Shown piece by piece: positions 41,440-54,078 of a stretch of DNA of 64,000 nt. Position numbers and translations under genes: made by a program. The DNA comes from Nageia nagi. Its lineage: Eukaryota > Plantae > Pinophyta. The first letter of the stretch is position 1; every line of letters begins with the position of its first letter. The notes under the pieces are model-generated. The model searched no databases, was not told the DNA's origin, and was given only the letters and a program-made list of their open reading frames with translations. The stretch covers positions 26,226,001 through 26,290,000 of the forward strand of contig JBITNC010000002.1 of the NCBI GenBank assembly GCA_050084985.1, written 5' to 3'.

Positions 41440-42711
41440 GTTCTGTATTTTCATAAATCCTTGTAAACCTTGTTTATGTGCTTTGTCATCAAACAAACTA
41501 GCATGGGCAAGTTGTCTTTAGACTTTTATAAAATGCATCATCAGAAAGTGAATTACTGAAAAGATATGAAATTGAATCAGTCATCTGCTTGTTCAAGTGG
41601 CTTTGCACTTTTTTCTCGCTGCTCAAAGCAATTGAATTTGGATGGCCTGAATATTAGATCATATAATTAAAATACAATGTAAACAAAGGCCTATTCCATG
41701 GTTTTATTGTCAAAGTTTTTGAGTTTTATGTAAATATATAAGGATCTTAAATGTTAATGTGCTCAACATTGAATACAGAGCGCCCACTGATCTGAAATAT
41801 AACTTTCTAATTTAAGAATGTCAGTTGCCAGCCAGGATCTATCTACCTTGTTCACATTACTACTAGAGATGTAATTATAATTGACTCCTTCATATGTACA
41901 ACATGAGACTAACACACATCATGATATCACAGAATACTCGTTACAGTTTGATTATTTTTAATATGGTTCTTCTTGTAATGTGAATATACTCTTGATTTGT
42001 TATTTGAATCTTGTTATAAACTACTGAAGTCAGTCCATCCCACTATTGTTCGGGCAGGATTCATTTCATTTGTATTTCACAGCTTCTTTCTTTTAGACTT
42101 AAATTTTCCTCTTAGTCGGATGTCACACTTTTGAAAAATGGTAAAATCTTCTTTTTGGTGAATTTCCGACTAAGATTTTTCTTGTTAAAAGCTATCTTGA
42201 AGACCAAGTAGCAGCTTTGGTAAATGGAAAAAAGTATCATCTTGTAAATCTGCGACCTGCGACCAACACAGATTCTAACTATTAGTCGAAAGTTGTATAT
42301 TTGGAAAAAAGGTAAATCTCGAGTATATGGAATTTGTGACCTGCGATCATGACTTTGTGATTGCCGAAGTCGTACATTTGAAGTTGAAAATCTACAACTT
42401 GTGACCTAATCTTTGAACAAATGGATTCACGACCAAGTTGCAAGTTGCAACATTGGAATATGATAAACCTTTCATCTTGTAAATTTGCGACTTGCGAAAG
42501 TGGGTTTGAATTGGCTAAGTTTACGATGAACATGTTTTTTGAGGCAATTATTCATGATTTGACTGGCTAATTAAGAGGAATTAATTTCAAAGTACTCGAC
42601 GTATTTAATGTGACCCCCCAATCATCGTCTATAAATACCCCCCTTGCCTCTTCCAGAATATCTGACCTTTTGAGAGCTCACTTATCACTTTCAGCAAAGG
42701 ACGATTTGAGA

Positions 42712-45700
42712 TTGGCTTCAAGAGACCAAAAATGCGACCAAAGCAAAGGAAAAAAGGTAAGCCCTAGTCGTATTTCGCAGATCCATTAACCTAAAAGCTT
42801 GAAGTCGCTAGTCACATATTTGCGATGTGCGACTAAACTGAGTGTTCGGAAAATGTCACACATCGCATTTTTTGAAAAACCCATACACGTTTCATCTTGT
42901 AGACTTGCAAGATAAAGAGAGCTGGAATTTAGTGTTGATAGAAGTCGCACATTGCATTTTTGCAAAAAGGTAAATCTTTCACCCACCAACATTGCGACTT
43001 GTGAGCTTGATGAGAATTCCAAAGTATTTTACCTAGGAAGTCACATATTTTCTAAGAGATAAGCTTTCCATTTTGTAATTTTGTGACTCGCGACTAAACA
43101 AAGAAAATCAACCAAGTCTTTTGTAAAGTTGCAAGTTGCACATGTGATAACTCATAATCCTTCCGTTTTTAGAATCTACAACTTGCACCTTGGTACAATT
43201 TTGCTAAGCGTTTTGCCTACTTGCAAGTCGTACATTTGATAAATCATAGATCCTTCATCTTCAAAATCTACAACTTGTGACTTGAAATAAGTCTTAAATT
43301 TCAGTTTTCCTTTATGAAAACTACAGGTAAAATATTCTACAAAATTGAAATCCATAAAATAATGTATATGTTAATTGCTACGTCTAAAATGTTTCTTGTC
43401 TACATGTTTTGTAGATGAGGAAGAAAAAGTACATAGTGGAGAATACTCAAGAAGATCTAACAAAGATTGGTTTCAAGCTTGTAAAAGATGGACACATTGA
43501 GCCAAAGCTACGATATAAGGACATGTTGATAGAAATTAGAGACACCACTTGATCTGCAAATGATCCTATCAAAACCTTGATCAAGATTAAATAGACACCT
43601 CCATAAAGGATGGCAAGTAATCCCAACTACATGGTTAGTCTTTATCATGCAATCTAGATTCCATCAACCGTGATGTTTCCAAGTTAATTCTCCAAATAAC
43701 AAGACATTACGATGCAAAACAAAGATGCAGCATGGATTCGATCGGAATCCAATAGTCGACATTTCACCAAATGGAATTAAATATGCATTCAAGTTGCTGC
43801 CTGAGTAAACATAATACATGGAAGAAAATTCAATCGATGATCTTAAAAAGATCAAAAGTGTAACATATTTAGTAAGAGGCGGGCTCCTCTTGGTGGATTG
43901 TGAAACTATTGCACACCAAAGAATATTGAAAACCAATCACAAAACACTAACGTGGAGTCACTTCCAAGGCAATTAGTCATTTCTCCAAGGCTTTGGGAAA
44001 ACTTGACGATAGATTAATGTGTCAAGTGTTTGTAGGCTTTTTGATATGCATTTGGAACCGAGTGTCGGTTCGATGGTCATGCATTATTAGTAGCGCTTTG
44101 CATTCACAATTGTTAAATGTATGGGAATCAAATAAATTCTTCATGATGAGCTACATGGTGTATTTGTGGTTGAAAGGGAAGATCAGACTCAAATCATTTG
44201 GGGTAAAGAGGCTCTTTGAGGATAACACCAAGCCCATATGGATTGCTTACCTAAAATGGTATCATGACAAGCAACATGACTACTACACCATGAGCAATGA
44301 CGAATGGGAATATGCTATATGCACAGAGGTTACTGGAAACCCGAACTTCCCCAGAATATTTGTTGAGGCTCAATCTTCTCCGGGTGGACATGCAAATTGG
44401 TACATTCATACTGAAAAATATTCTTTTATTAGGGTGTTTGACTCATCTCTACCTCCTATCAAACATCCCAGATATATGAGCAATTGGATTGTTTTCTCAG
44501 AATTTTGCAAACAGATGACTGACGTACATGACAATGTTTGGGGTAAAAAATCTTCGACTCACAAATTGCCTATTCGAGTAGTAGGATACATATGCACACA
44601 ATGGATAGATGCTAGGAGATTGGCAGAAGAACTCAATTTGTAAAGGTTTTCTACAGAAAGACAAATTTATAGGTATGACCATGATGGACATATCGAAAAT
44701 TTTTGTAAGAAGTATTTGAACAAGAAGTTTGAGCATGAACAAAATAACCATGTGGAAAAATTCAGAAACAAATCAATTGACGACGAAAAACAAGTGAGAA
44801 CTAGGCTCGAAGAGATCCCTTTTTCTTCCTCGTCAGGACCAATTTCCCACTCAAATGAATATGGTTGGCAGGAGTGGAAAATGATAATCGTAGGAAACCA
44901 GGATGTAGGAGCGGGAAATGTTGATTTGGAAAAAGGAGATGTTGATTTGGTAGAGTATTGTGTATAAAGTGAAGAATAATCAAGCCATGAAACTCCCCAG
45001 ATGGCAGAGACCTCCCGTTCAGTTGAGGACATCATAATAAACAAATCACCTTGCCATGTGGAAATTGTGGACAAGGGAAATAAAAGCAGCAATCAATCTT
45101 CTAGATCATCTTCTCATAAGAGGAATGCAGAAAGCACCAAGTCTCCCGTTAAAGATAAAAATTAAAAGAAAGTCGAAGGAGACAAAACTCCAAAGAAGAA
45201 AAAACCCAAGAAATGCAATGAAGGAGACAAAGAATCAATGAAGTGCAAGAGATACCCTCTCTTTCTCAAAAGATGGAAGTAGTAAAGGATTCCTCAAGTC
45301 AATCAAGATCTCATGAAGATTTGCATCTAGATCAATTGGTTGAACTCTACGGAATGGAGCAGAGCTCTACCGCCTCACCTTGGTCATCACCCAAGTGTTA
45401 ATGAACATGATGGCACTATTTTTGGACCAAAGTTTTAGCAAAAGGTTTGCATTTCAGCAAAGATGGTGTCACTCTCAACGCACAAACACTAATTTCGAAG
45501 TTGGATGCAATAGAGAGCACAACTTTGGCAGAAATTACTGTGAAAAGCATCCAGAAATGTAATACCCCTAACTGATATTAAACCCTAGATGTGCAAATTT
45601 ATCCAAATCCAAACCCTAACTCAATTTAAAACCCCAATATTCAGCATATCATAATTTAATACAAGCCCGATATAGTAGATCACATGTGAAGTAAAAAACA

Positions 45701-47430
45701 CTAATCAGTCTAAATTGCAGATCACAGTAAATAATTTTTAAACTATTCAGATTACAATAATTCTGCAAACCCTAGCTTTATTTGAATGAAAGAAAAGCCA
45801 ATTACAATTGAGCACTGCTTGATCTATGAAATGGAAATAGATCAAAGCCAGCCCTACTAGCACAATACCACAATGTGTAGATCACACCTAAAACAATGAT
45901 GAAAACCCACAATGCTGAAGTAGACATCACAATCACTAAATGACTGAAGAAGAAATGCACCAAATCTGAAAATTAATTACAGCAAAGACTGGTCATCCCA
46001 TATATGATGATAAATTTGAAAACCTAGTACTGAAATAATGCCCAAAACCTTCAGTCCACAATATAAATCTCAAAATTTGAAAAGTAGATGTCAAGATGTT
46101 GTGATTAACCCTCCAACACTCTAAAATTCACTCCATAAGTTGGACATCCAAATAGAGGTGTTGTATTCTCAATGATGGCCGCCCAAATGCGGCTCTAAAA
46201 GTTTGATCAATGCTCCACAATTCTACAAACTCTGATTTGATCTTGACATCTGATCTGTATGATGCCCTAGAAACTTCAAACAATGAAGCACAAGTTTAAA
46301 CCTTGAAATGAGTTCACTCACTCTCAACCCATAGAAAAGGGTTCAGCCATTGTCTGCAAGGTTGGCCCAAGGGTTCAGCCCTTGGCTCTTCAACAAATGT
46401 TGGGTGCAACCCTAATTCGCAAAAGAATGAGTAAGGGTTTAGCCCTTCACTCTCAAAATCACAATATCCAAACTCAACATACTCAAAATGGAGCTTTCCA
46501 CTTCTTAAATAACCATGAGCTTCTAATTCTTCGTTGAGGTTTATGGAATCATTAAAATTTATTAAATTCACCTTATTACTCGTAAATAACCTTTTAAAAC
46601 ATAAAAATATTCCTAATACTTAAAGTCCCATTTCCACATGTGCTTAATTAAATTTTATAAAATAAAATTGAAAATGGGTATCCAAAAATGGGGACATTCA
46701 GGAAAGATGTCCTCAGCAAGACCAAGGAAACAAATAGCCTTAGAAAAAGAAAATAAGCGTTTAAAAGAACTCAAAGGAGTGCAAATCCTTGGAATGAATG
46801 TGATGAAGTTTGATTGAGAGCTCCATAGGGAATGGTAATGCATAAGTTTACGGGTAAATTCATCGGGGAAACACTGATGTTATTCACAACTGTGTACAAA
46901 CATTATCATCATGCTTCTATTGTACAATAAAGTGCATGATAACAAAGAAATTAAAAGATTACATGATCAGGCAATAACCTTAAAAAAGAAGAAGGCTCAA
47001 AAGCTTGTGATAAGCTCATAATGCATCAGAGTCTCCTAGTTGACATTGAAGCCAGAGTAGCAAGAGTCATGGACATTTATGACCTTGAGACAAATGAAAT
47101 GAGACTTTGATTTGATTCAGTTAGTTACAGCAAATGATAAAGATAACACGATCTTGAGAGTTGAGAAAACTCAGGTTATACGATATCTGGAAACCCATCT
47201 TTTGGTAGAGGATGTTAACGTCTTCGACTCAGGTATCTAATTCTAGCCTGTAGTTAACATCATATCGTGGCAATGAGACTTCAACACACGTCTTAGTAAT
47301 GTGACGAAGACTTATACATCAACAGATTCTCAGAGGCTATCTATCTGTCATGTTTGCCAAAAGGCTAGGGAATTCGCAGATAGCCCAGAAGAAGTCCTTG
47401 CCAACATCTCCAAAGTTGTGGGGTTGTAAT
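42712..47430 (+). pseudogene. Degraded spliced accessory ORF of the LTR element, function unknown
   Basis: TATA CTATAAATA at 42629; donor AAG|GTAAG at 42757; acceptor TGTAG|ATG at 43414; fragments in ORFs 43993-44643 and 44716-44967; interrupted by a solo LTR. Confidence 0.55.
45558..46700 (-). mobile_element. Solo LTR (1143 bp) nested in the accessory ORF
   Basis: TGTAATACCCC...GGGGACATTCA; TSD AGAAA/GGAAA. Confidence 0.78.
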
Positions 47431-47498
47431 GATCTTTCTTTTATTGTCTTGTGTTTATGGAAAAGTTGTATGGTGGGACCACCCAGGAGGGAGAAGGG

Positions 47499-48364
47499 TG
47501 TTGTTTATTTATTTTAAAAGTTGATGTTATGTTGCAATAAATTTTGTAATTCAGGATCAAAGGTTGATATAACTTAAAATGTCACTGTGACCTTTGATTC
47601 CGTAGAAGTAAGGAGATGTGTCATTACATGTCAGTTAGAATTTTGGTAATAACAGTTCAGCATTAGAACTAGGAAGTTGAAAAGATAGGGTAGTTCAAAA
47701 GTCAAGATTTTGCAACTTCCGGGCTATCTATAAATATGTAATAGGAGCTTGTGTAAAGGGCTCTACCTATGTTTCCATTATGTTTATCTTTTTGAATGCT
47801 TCTTTTCTTTAGAAGTAGATTTCAAGAATATTTCAGTGATCTATTTCTCTGGTTTAAGAATGTGTATTTCATGAGAACTTGGCCAGCTTAGTCATCTATA
47901 TTCTTAAGAGTATATTGTTATTTTTTGTAAGCTATATAGCATAATATGGGAATCTGAAAGATAATAAGTTCTATGGAATAGAGAATCACTATGTTATGTA
48001 TGGGAAGTTGTGATGAAATGATCTTCTTCAACAGTTTAACAAGTTGTTAGTAGTTTAATTGTGGCAACATCTTACTTTCTCAAGTCTGAAGCAAGGAAAT
48101 TTTATGTTTGAAGAATCTCAATTTCATTATAATTATTTCATGTTATTTTTCGTATCAATCCAAGAGAAAGGGAGAGTTTAAAATTCATCTGTTGGTTTTA
48201 TCAATTTTCTTATAAGATCATTCTGAACAAAAAGACCCAAATCACAAGTTGGTTCTGCAGTTATTTTCTCTCGAATTATGAAATGGTGTCTTTTCATAAG
48301 TTATCAAATTCATTATACAGTTAACTTACGAGGATAGATGATGTTTGATGCAAGCAATACAACA
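47499..48364 (+). mobile_element. 3' LTR (866 bp)
   Basis: TGTTGT...ACAACA termini; preceded by the PPT; CTATAAATA near 47728. Confidence 0.7.
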
Positions 48365-48399
48365 TTAAACAAACATTTTGAGAAATGATAAAGCTGTTG

Positions 48400-49030
48400 T
48401 GATGAGTTGAGACTCCTAGTGTGAAGAGATCTACATTACTATATTGACGACCACCTCATTAAAAAGGAGGATTGTTTAATCCCTTGTTGTCTCCTTTTCC
48501 CCTTTGCAAGAAAAAGTGGTTAATAGGCCTTTTTTTGTGAAAGTGTCTACTATGTCGCACCCAACAGGGTTTCATCGTAATACATCCTTCGTTCAAACCT
48601 CCTTGGTTGAGGGAGCTCGTAAGAGATAAAGAGACGACTCTCTTCAACGTACATGTTGCTCCAGAAGATGCCTCCAGGACACCCATGCCTCTCCGAGGAC
48701 TCACCAGATTTTATCCTTATCCTCCAACAACGATGCCATAGCCACAACCTATAGCGACCAATGAGCTCCCTTGCCAATTGCGCAATTGAGAGTGCTCACA
48801 TGCTCTCTCCTAGAGAGGTCTAGGATGGTTCCCCATTGACCGTTCTATGTGATGTCTCTTTCCTAGTTTAGGATTTTGACCCCCACTTTGTTTCGTTTTA
48901 GTTGGTTTATGTTATTTTATTTCTAGCTTTAGGATGGGCCTCTTAGGGGCCTGCCTTGCAATTTTACCACTCTTGTACATTCTAGTCCCATTGTCATCTT
49001 TTGGTCATTCATGGACATTAATATATTTTG
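48400..49030 (+). mobile_element. 5'-truncated 3' end of an RTE-like LINE
   Basis: 48982-49022 CTAGTCCCATTGTCATCTTTTGGTCATTCATGGACATTAAT matches the - strand 3' end of the LINE at 54091-54131 (CTAGTCCCATTGACCGCTTTTGGTCACTCGACGACATTAAT). Left boundary approximate. Confidence 0.7.
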
Positions 49031-49490
49031 TTTCTGTCTGTCAACATATAGATGACCATCACTTTCCAGCTGTGATATTGTAGCCATCAATATCACAAGA
49101 AAGCCTATCACGATTGGCATTTCTGTAGATGGCCATCTGATTAGCATTTCTGTTGTCATGATTTTGCTACCAAGAAGTGTAAAACTCAAAGCTTTATAAT
49201 CGATACAGATAAGTAGCCATGCACATTCATTTACTTGTACAAAACAAGAAAGCTTATAGGGCCAAGCAAACATCTCGAGACCAATTAGTTTTATGCAGTG
49301 TTCCACGGGGACGCATTCCCCCTCCTGGAGGAGCCGTTCCCGACGTTCCCACATTTTGGGAATGCGGGAACGCCTTGGGAAACGTTTCCCAGCCGTTCCC
49401 CTTTTGGGGGACGGCTGGGGGCCGTTCCCGAGACGGCTCCCGGGGAAGGGGGAACGTTCCCCAACCGTCCCCCTGATCGGGAACGGCCCG

Positions 49491-49600
49491 GGAACGGCTG
49501 GCCGTCCCCGGGAACGGCTGGCCGTCCCCGGGAACGGTTGGCCGTCCCCGGGAACGGCTGGCCGTCCCCGGGAACGGTTGGCCGTCCCTGGGAACGGCCG
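49491..49600. repeat. hAT subterminal 20-bp tandem repeat, about 5.5 copies
   Basis: GGAACGG(C/T)TGGCCGTCCCCG; each unit quasi-palindromic; probable transposase binding sites. Confidence 0.9.
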
Positions 49601-50130
49601 CCGTTCCCTGACCGTTCCCGGGGACGTCCAGCGTTCCCCGCCCGGCTGGAGAGCTTAAAGCTAAAAAAAACAGGATTCACTTAAAAAAAAAGTTTTTAAA
49701 CCTCCTAGCATGGGTCCCACCTAACTTTGCACCCCCCTTAACCCTAAAAAGCTCCTCTAAAAGGCTAAAAGTGATTTTGTTATCATTTGTCTTTGTGTAG
49801 AGGAGAAAGACAGCAAAGAGGAAGAGAAAGACAGCAAACAGAAGAAAAAAAACAGCAGTGAGGAGAAAGAGCAAGGAGGGAGGAAGAGAAACATAGCAGT
49901 GAGGAGAAAGAGCAAGGAGGGAGGAAGAGAAACACAACAGTGTAGTGGAGAAAAGCCAAGGAGGAGAAGAAAATTACCTAGCATAGTCCAAGGTTTTTAA
50001 TTTTCTGTTTCTCATTCTCTACTTGTTTAGTTTAAATTTTAAACTTTACTTGTAGTTTAAAAAAAAAAAACAGTCCAAGATGAGTGATATTGAGGAAGAA
50101 AATCAAAGCTATGAGGTATAAACATCACAA

Positions 50131-52757
50131 ATGGGAGTTGAAAATGAGCAAGAAAACACATCAGTCTTTGATTGCCCATCCACAATGTTAAAACATTTTG
50201 CTAAAGGCCCATTTAATCGTAAAAAACCACTGTTACAGTTTGTCACAAACCTAGATGCTGGGAAAAAGATTGAAGGGGGAGCAAGAACTTATAAATGTCA
50301 CATTTGTAACTCCACATTTAAAGGGAGTTATACTAGGATTGAATCACATTTGACTGATAAACAAGGGGCAGGGGTGAGGGTTTGTAAAGAAATGAATAAA
50401 TTTATGTTTGCAGAAGCTAGTAGACTTGCACAAGAGGCTTACCTTAGGAATCATGGGCCGGCCATTCCTAAATCTACCCAAGCCTCCATTGTTTCCTCCT
50501 CCTCATCAGTTAGAGAAAAAGAAATTGGACTCTCTTCTAGCTTGCCAAGTCCTACATTCCCCTCCAAAAAAAGAGGAAATATAGCTGAAGCATTAAACTT
50601 GCAGCAGAAAGAGAGAGCTGATGATGCAGTGGGAAGATTATTTTATGCACATGCCTTGCCTTTTCATCTTGCACGCTCACCTTACTTGAGGGCAGCATTT
50701 GAAGAAGTAAGGTTGGCTGGACCTTCATATGTACTACCTGGCGAGACTAGACTCCGTACTTCTATTTTGGAGAAGCAGTATAGTAGATGCAGTTTGATGA
50801 TGTCGGAGATGAAGGCTACATGGGTGCGTAGTGGATGTTCCATTATTATGGATGGATGGACTGACATTCGTCAACGTCCACTCATCAATATAATGGTGTC
50901 ATGTTCAGAGGGTCCTTATTTTCTTCGAGCTGTTGATTGCTCGGGAAAAAAAAAGGATGCAGAGTTCCAGTTCCTCCTGTTGAAGGAGGCTATTGAGGAG
51001 GTTGGATCCTCCAATGTTGTCCAGGTAATCACTTTACTAAGTTTAAATTTTAAAACTTTAAACTTTACTTTTAGTTTTCTAATTTATTTTTTGACATTTG
51101 TTGTAAAAATGCCAAATGGCAAACTGTAACGTTTTAATTTTTTTTGTACAGATAATTACAGATGCAGCCTTGGTTTGCAAGTGTGCAGGAAAATTGATAG
51201 AGGGCACTTACAGGCATATTTTTTGGACCCCATGTTGCGTTCATGCATTGAATAATGCATTGAAGGAAATTGGGAAAATAGATTGGGTGAAGAATGTTGT
51301 TGCAGAAGTGAGAGACTTGCAAATGTTTATTTGCAACCATCATACCTCATTGGCCCTCTTTCGCTCCTTCTCAAAGGAGTTTCTTAAACCTGCAGATACG
51401 AGATATGCCACTTATTTCATCCTATTGCAAAGGATGATTGAGGTGCAGGAGTCACTACAATCCATGGTAGTTTGTGTAGAATGGAAGAGGTGGCCAGAAT
51501 CTCAAACACAGGAGGGAAAAAGACTTAGAGATAAAGTCTTGGATGAGAATTGGTGGACTGAAGCCAGGTAACAAAGTTTGAAAGTTTCACTATTGTAGTT
51601 TGAATTTCAAGTTGGATTGGTCATTAGGTAATTGTTCAATTAGATTTAACTTTCTAAGTTTTTTACCTCTTTTTTTTTTTGAATGTAGGTACATTGTATC
51701 TTTTATTTCCCCAGTTTTTGAAGTGATAAGGTATGCCGATACGGATTCTCCTAATTTAGGAGAGATATACGAGACCTTCGATAGCATGCTTGGGGAAATG
51801 AAAAGAATAATTAATGCCAAAGATCCTTCTTTTTATGAAGGCCATATTAGACCCATCATAGAGAAGAGGTAACAAAAACAAATGTTGATTGTTAACTTTA
51901 GAGTTTAGTTTCAATTTGGTTTGTTAACTTTTGTCTTTAAGTTTATTAAATTATTTTTTTTAACTTTTTGTAGGTGGAATAAAATGAATACCCCTCTCCA
52001 TATGGCTGCCCATGTGTTGAACCCAAAATGGTATGCACCAAAGATTGGGAAAATGGCACCTAATGATGATGTTGAGTTGAAAGATGGGTTCATGAACTTC
52101 CTTGCCAAGATGTTTTCACGAGAGGATGGTCGTATAGTTAGAGAGGAGTTTGTAAAATTTGTGAAACTTAAGGGTCCTCGTTTTAGCAGGCAAGAGTGCA
52201 AGGAGGATAGGGCTAACATTGCCCAAACTGATCCCATTGGATGGTGGGAGCTATATGGAGATGATGCTCCACACTTGAAGCATCTTGCGATTAGGCTCCT
52301 TTCCCAGGTTAGTAGATGCCATTGCCATGCCATTAAGTATTGTACTATGCTCCTTTCTCACATAATCAAAAATGAAAAATCTAATTTGAATGATTGTTTG
52401 TAGGTGGGTAGTTCATCTGCTGCGGAGAGAAATTGGTCTACCTATGGCTTCATCCATAGTCTGCGAAGGAATAGACTTACTTCTCGTAGAGCAGAGAAGT
52501 TAGTTGCAGTGCATAGCTCTCTTCGCCTTAGCGAGAGAGTTACGCCAGAGTATAGAGCTAGTCCAGCTGCACATTGGGACATTGATCCAGTGGAGGCAGG
52601 CCAACTTGAGGTTGATGATGATGAGGCTGATGAGTCGATGTTTGGATTGCCATTGCATACTCTTCATTTGGATGATGAGAGCATATCGTCAGATAGCTCA
52701 ATAGATGAGGAGGATATGGATGCACAACCATTAGCACATGAGCCTATAGATCCATAG
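50131..52757 (+). CDS. hAT transposase, 725 aa; join(50131-51024,51152-51567,51689-51868,51974-52307,52404-52757)
   Basis: Four GT-AG introns give an uninterrupted 2178-nt ORF. BED finger CHIC...H, catalytic MDGWTD and ITDAA, CxxH (PCCVH), dimerisation region with AERNWS. Confidence 0.93.
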
Positions 52758-53470
52758 ACTATAGTGGTTATTTAATATTTTGGCATTTTCATTTTGTTAT
52801 TCAAACACTTATTCGTATTCCGTATTCGACATATTGATGTCCCATCTATGTATTTCATTCAGTCTTTCAGACCTATGGGCTATGGCCTATGACATTATGA
52901 TTGTGTTATCAGATTTACAGTTTAGTGGTTTACCCTTGGGCTTTTTTAATTTGATGGGCTATGAAGTTGAATTTCTAATTGAGTAATTTCGATTCCGTGT
53001 TTTTAATTTGTAATTTTGTATACATCATACATAATTAAATTTGATAATATGATCATTCATCATAATAAAAATGAATTGGAAATGATACTCTTAAAAATCT
53101 AATAATTTTTACTAGTATTATGTTTGTCGTTCCCTAGCCGTTCCCTGTCGTTCCCCAAAAGACCCTATTTTTTCCCCGCTGTTCCCGGATACGCGTTCCC
53201 CCGTATCCCCGTTCCCCAGGCGTGTGGAACACTGGTTTTATGCTTAAATCCTTTGAAAATCACACAATATAGATTGTTGTACATTCACTGTATACAATTA
53301 TACATGATTTGGGAACACCCTGCTATGGCAATTGTGCTTATCAGAAAATTAATGTAAAGAGGTTTGGACACTTCCTGGGTCTTTTAGGAAATCAATATAA
53401 CTGCAATATTGAATCATTGGATGCAAAGAATTCAAGTTATAATAATTACAATACAGAAATAAAAGATTTT

Positions 53471-53978
53471 CAGGTTACAAAGGATTTTCACACTGAATTT
53501 TAGGTTGAATCCTTCTCGTCAAAGAATCACATAGTTCTAGCTGGAATTAGAATGTATGGTGTTTGGCTTACTTAATGGATTGTCATGTATTATATACAAG
53601 TAGATGAAATACAAAAGAGTTATGATGCATAACAAAATGACTCCAGGGTTGCAATGGGTGTACATACATTTGATGGTTCATTTCAGTTCTGGTTATTTCA
53701 TCTCTAGAGAAGCTGTTAAGTCCTGAACAGGTTACAAAGGGTCTTAATACCGGATTTTTGGTTGAATCCTTCCCATTAAAGAATCACATAGTTCTTGCTA
53801 GAACTAGAATGTATGGTATTTAACTTGCTTACTTGATTCGTATTTATTATAGATAAGTTGATGAAAGACAAAAGCGTAATGATGCCTCATGAGATGTCTG
53901 CTGGCTTGCAATGTGTGTACATTGTAGATGCATTTCATGTTTCAATCACGTACTGGCTATTTCTTCTTATGAGAAGCT
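53471..53978. repeat. Diverged tandem duplication, two copies of ~255 bp
   Basis: CAGGTTACAAAGG...AAAGAATCACATAGTTCT...GAGAAGCT at 53471-53713 and 53728-53978. Confidence 0.85.
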
Positions 53979-54078
53979 TCCTTTGCAAGAATATTTCTTT
54001 ACATTATTCTTGGGTATAAGTGCAGGTTGCAATAATTGTGTTCTGGTTGCATGCAAACGAGAACTCATCCAAGAATCA

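Larger units (their letters stand above)
42240..48364 (+). mobile_element. 3' half of an LTR retrotransposon (repeat region, degraded extra ORF, PPT, 3' LTR)
   Basis: GCGACTTG/CAAGTCG motif repeats at 42240-43290; PPT AGGAGGGAGAAGGG directly before the LTR at 47499; no gag-pol or 5' LTR seen. Confidence 0.65.
49296..53234 (+). mobile_element. Full-length hAT DNA transposon (3939 bp)
   Basis: 11-bp TIR CAGTGTTCCAC; perfect 8-bp TSD GTTTTATG at 49288-49295 and 53235-53242; CGTTCCC/GGGAACG motifs at both ends; transposase gene inside. Confidence 0.97.

Noticed and set aside
49219-49684. Overlapping Pro/Gly/Arg-rich ORFs
   Set aside because: By-product of GC-rich hAT subterminal repeats that lack stop codons.
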